The notes beneath the pieces are model-generated. The model was given only the letters and a program-made list of their open reading frames with translations. It was not told where the DNA came from and did not search any database. Below, in pieces: positions 59,736-64,000 of a stretch of 64,000 bases of DNA. The DNA is taken from contig NC_135257.1 in the NCBI RefSeq assembly GCF_964204865.1, positions 2,480,001 to 2,544,000 on the forward strand. Reading direction: 5' to 3'. Position 1 is the first letter of the stretch, and the number at the start of each line of letters is the position of its first letter. The translations under genes and the position numbers were made by a program. Source of the DNA: Styela clava (taxonomy: Eukaryota).

Positions 59736-61333
59736 ATGAAGCAGTTCAGAATATATTGCTCCAGATTGAATTGTATGCTGATGTGCTTTTTCACGATATC
59801 GTCAGTTCTCTTGTTTTATAAAGAATATAAATCACGAAGGTATGTTCAAATTTAGAAATAAACTATATCATAATGTACACAGTAACGAGACTATTTTATA
59901 CCGATTACTAGAAAAAATCTCGTCAACGTAATTTCGAGCAGACGTAGGAATAAATCTTTATATAAACATCCCAACATTGCAGTTAAAAAAGAATAGTTAA
60001 TTCAGCATAGATAGATGATATAATTTCTCTATTCATTCATGTGGTATAAAGTTGAGGAACACCATGTACTCATAATATTATCTTTCCACGTAGTAGCGTT
60101 AAGGTGAATGTGATATAATTGTTTTACCTCAATTTCTGACCAGAACTTACTCGCCAACTCACACTGCAAGGGAAAGTCCAGCTTGGATTAAAGAAGCCAA
60201 AATTATGGCAAAGATGGACGAAGGTATACTTAGATGTGCAGGTGTGTATACAAAAAGTTTTCACCATGTTGGTATATTTCTCTGAACACCGAGTTATTTT
60301 CTCGTTTTTACCGTATTATGAACCAAGAAAATATTATGCCAATTAGCCTGCAGTACGTATGCATAGGAATGAATATCGAAAGTAGATCATACAATTAATC
60401 AATATGTCCGTTGTCTGGCAGATCACATACGTGGAGATAACTAAGATATACTTGAACTGTTAGAATGTACTGATTCAATCAATAACGTGAATCGTCATCG
60501 TACAATAGCAATTTTCATGCCTTCAAGTATTAATTTAGTATAACAATTTTGGAATAAAGTGAGATCACGGAAGTTACTAAAATTAGACAGAATATGAACA
60601 AATATCTGTTTCAAGCCTGACACAATATATAGGAAAAATTTTCAATCAATCCATATTAGACTTCATAGATTCGATATCTGTATTTATGTTGAATGGTAGT
60701 TTAATGAGATTATACAAATGTGCAATTACTAATTAGACCAAATATCGGAATATAATCGAAATAATAATATTTATACGCTCGTTTGAAATAACATAAAAAT
60801 CTGAAACGAAAAGTCCTAGGTATTACCGTCAACAAATAAGTTATGTATAAACATAAGGAGAAAATTATATTGCAGCTCAGGTGATTCCAGATAAGTTGTA
60901 CTTTTGAATTAATTAGTGATTAAATAACTGAAAACTGATAATAATCTAAGAGACAAATGTGACGATATTTATCATCATATTAGTTATAATAATGAGTGAG
61001 TCTAGTAGATTATTTAAAGCCATTATTTGAAGCCATTTGGCATATTTCCGAATATTGTCGAAAATCACCTTACGCTGGGACCACTATTTTGCGTACAGGC
61101 TTATCAATCGTGAATCACGAAAATTTGACAAATATTTACCTCGTGCGACTAAATGTGGTAAAGTTAGATAGAATACGAGTATATTGGTTAGATTAATGTA
61201 CAAGCGCTATATACTTAACATTTAGTGTTTTGTTTTCAGCTGAGGATATTGGCTGTTTTGCAATGATACCATCTCCAACTGTTGTTGATAAAAACTTTGG
61301 GAGAGAACACTGCTTGAATTTTTGTTTTAAAAG
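59736..61333 (+). CDS. 5' exons of a type II membrane WSC-domain protein (WSCD-like; no further exon found in the window)
   Basis: Exons 59736-59839 (MKQFRIYCSRLNCMLMCFFTISSVLLFYKEY, signal-anchor), 60144-60241 (stem) and 61240-61333 (EDIGCF..REHCLNFCFK, resembling the start of a WSC domain GC..CxxFC). Phases are compatible. Confidence 0.55.
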
Positions 61334-61599
61334 GTAAGTAAATATGTATCGCTTATGGAAGCTATCACTTTATACTAGAAAATAAAGTCTTCAAAGTTTG
61401 ATTAACCAGTGACAAATATTATAATAGGTATAGAGTATTTAACGCCCAGAAATAAACACTGGGTGTTTCCGTGAGCATCGACTTCTTGGTCTACTTTCTG
61501 ATCAATAAGAAGTAAACAAGGCGTAACGATTCAATAAATTAAGAAATAACTGACGAAAAATTTGTTGGTTCGCTGTTTGATTAAAACGTGGATGGTGGC

Positions 61600-63780
61600 A
61601 ATGAAGAGAAAATCTTCAAAGATCAGCTGCTCAAAGGATTTCCTTATAAATATCAAAAACAAGATTTCGTGGTCATACCCGAAGAATCCGATTCAACAGG
61701 AGTATCAATGAGGAAAGTGACATTTGAAATCCAAATTAGGATATGAAAAATTGTTTGTCAGCGCAGTGGCAATGCAAGTTGGTTAATCACGTTTATGATT
61801 AATATCAAATTGCAACTGGAGTCAGAAAAAGTAGAATGAAACTGGAATGTCATATTTTTAGTAAAATTAGATTACTCATCTATTTTACCGGGAAAGAAGT
61901 TGAAGAAAAAAACTCAAAATGCAACAACGTGTTCCAAAATATATTCTCACCTGACAAAACACTACAATATGCCAAAGCTGGGACAAGAATCAAAACCAGT
62001 TAAAAATAAAAACGAAACAGAAATTCACAAAAAATACAACGAACAAGAAAGAGATGTCATGAAGTTGATAGAAAAACTTGATAAAAGCCAAGACCCCACA
62101 TTTATAGACAAAGACAAAAAAAATCTAGTGAAATTGCACGAATGAAAGAAAAAGACCTAATTTTTCAAGATGGAACCCAGATCAAAAACACTTCCAAAAA
62201 CAAAAGTACAAATCACAGAATGCAATCAAAAAACTCTATCGAGGAAGAGATTATCCTGAACAAAAATGAAATGGCAATGTTTCAAAACACAAACTCCGAA
62301 GTTATTATCAAATCGACACTGAAAAAAAAACTAATTTGGTAAAAGAAAAAACTAAAATATTGGAGGACATTATAACTATTGCATTGGGTGATTCTCAGGA
62401 CAGAAGAATGGCTCAGATATGCAACATTTCAAAGATGAAGCGTGTATCGCTTGTACGTGCTAAATTTGAGTCTGGTTATACACGGTTGAAAAAATTAGAA
62501 AGTCAGGGTAATAGCATTTTGTTATATTTTGAAGCAAAGGCATGATGTGGAGAAACAAATTGATGAACTGATAGAGATCGCAAAGCAAAAAGCGCAACAC
62601 GTGTACATAATGGCAATAGTTCCGAATAAACACAAATTCAGCAAAAGAGTTTGAAGACAATATGTTAATGTCCTTCTCAAATATAAAAAAAACGTCAATT
62701 GGATGTTCATTTTGTTTAACCCACACTTTGCTTTTTGGCCCAAGATAGCATAGAGTATTATAAACAAGACGTTACAAATAGGCTTATATTATAAGAAATT
62801 TGATAAAATGAACAAATCTACTTCTTATTTTTTCAATTTAAAGAAACATAGGGGCAAATAAAAGTTTTTAAAAAATTGGAGACATGTGGTGATACAATCC
62901 TCACAAATATAAATGACAAACAAGAAAAGCAAAAAATTATACGCCAGAGAACAATTCAATTATAGCAATTGCAAAATACTTCAATCACTCAAATTAAAAC
63001 CAATTGAAACATGAATAAATGATAATTCAGAATATTGTATAAGTGAACAAGAATTAGATGATGCATTTAAATATTTATAACTGAATAAAGCACCTGGTTT
63101 AGATGACATGTCAAAAGAATTTCATCTATCATGCTGGATTAGGGTGAAAACTATTTTATTAGTTGTAGATAGCAGCTGTATAGCTTCAGGACAAATTACC
63201 GAAACTATGACAGAGGAAAGAATCACCTTGTTGTACAAAAAGGTTGGAAGGAAAAAATTACTTCATTTAGATTATAAATTTTTAACCAAATACCCAAATA
63301 TTGTGTAGCCGACTTGAATATGAACATTCTATATGGATCCATTCAGACTAAACTGGATTTGTATATAGCAGAAAAATACATGAAAATTGAATAACAATTC
63401 AAGAGGATATTTTCCATGCAAACTATTCGAATAATGATTTCCGATTGTTTTCGATAAACTGGGAATAGTGTGAATAGAGAATGCTTGTTCAGAGTTTTTA
63501 AAAAATTCAATATTAGGCCAATTTGGATATCTGTTACAAAAATAATTTATACGAATACGAAGTCGAGGAAGATAATTAATGTTTATATTGGCAAAGAATT
63601 TATAGTTTAAAGAGGTCTGAGGCAAGGGTGGCCACTGTCTGTAATACTTTATACTTCATTGCTGAAGTATTCGCAAGTAATATTAGAAGTAATCCACAAA
63701 TCAGATGTTGTATAAATATTGCAAATTATCAACAAAAATATAGGAAATTTGCAGATGATGTATGGTTAAATATAAGAGAT
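61600..63780 (+). mobile_element. Heavily degraded L1-clade (Tx1-like) non-LTR retrotransposon; left boundary approximate
   Basis: Ordered, frameshifted RT remnants LNKAPGLDDMSKEF, ITLLYKK, LDYKFLTK, RGLRQGWPLS, IAEVFASNIRSNPQI and KFADDV. K/E/N-rich ORF1-like fragments lie upstream. Confidence 0.75.
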
Positions 63781-64000
63781 TACTATTCTGTATGCGTATT
63801 TATCATCCCAGGCGAGTGTAACTTGAAGCGGTTTGGTTGCGTATGTTTCACAGTCGACTACACTAGTAAGATACTGGTATTTAACCGATTATCTTTATAG
63901 TTAGTGATCGGTGCCGAACCTATAATTATGTTAAAAATTTGAACCTCTTTCATTTTATTAAATGCGATAAGATAGTATCGTCTGGAATTACATTTTTCAT

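Noticed and set aside
61900-62545. K/E/N-rich ORFs as host genes
   Set aside because: A-rich, frameshifted fragments collinear with downstream RT remnants; better explained as a decayed LINE.
1-64000. tRNA, rRNA or other structured RNA genes
   Set aside because: None recognisable by eye; a tRNAscan-SE or Infernal/Rfam scan would be needed to exclude them.

Overview
AT-rich, intron-containing eukaryotic DNA from an invertebrate animal. An ascidian/tunicate is my guess from gene and repeat style, not something the sequence proves. Most short ORFs in the supplied track are noise; the real genes appear only when exons are spliced by hand. Host genes, left to right: (1) the 3' seven exons of an alpha-arrestin (ARRDC-like) gene whose tail carries two PSAP motifs and a PPxY motif, with an 8-kb intron packed with DNA transposons; (2) an intronless mitochondrial-type acetyl-CoA synthetase (ACSS1-like) on the minus strand; (3) a tandem pair of 6-exon ApoD/Lazarillo-like lipocalin genes, copy A soluble-type with an in-frame TAA and copy B intact with a GPI-signal-like tail; (4) an 80-aa single-pass membrane microprotein; (5) a 9-exon type-B carboxylesterase with a GPI-signal-like tail; (6) the 5' exons of a type II membrane WSC-domain gene. 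Mobile DNA: an apparently intact, intron-containing pogo/Fot-like DD35D transposon with an extra C-terminal domain; a young full-length BEL/Pao LTR retrotransposon with TG...TA ends, no canonical PBS and two coding lesions; Merlin-like, piggyBac-like, hAT, pogo and CMC/EnSpm non-autonomous elements; a decayed L1/Tx1 LINE; and a 95-bp minisatellite. I see no prokaryotic-type system such as CRISPR. The best candidates for undescribed biology are the lipocalin pair, the transposase extra domain, the atypical BEL termini and priming region, and the microprotein.
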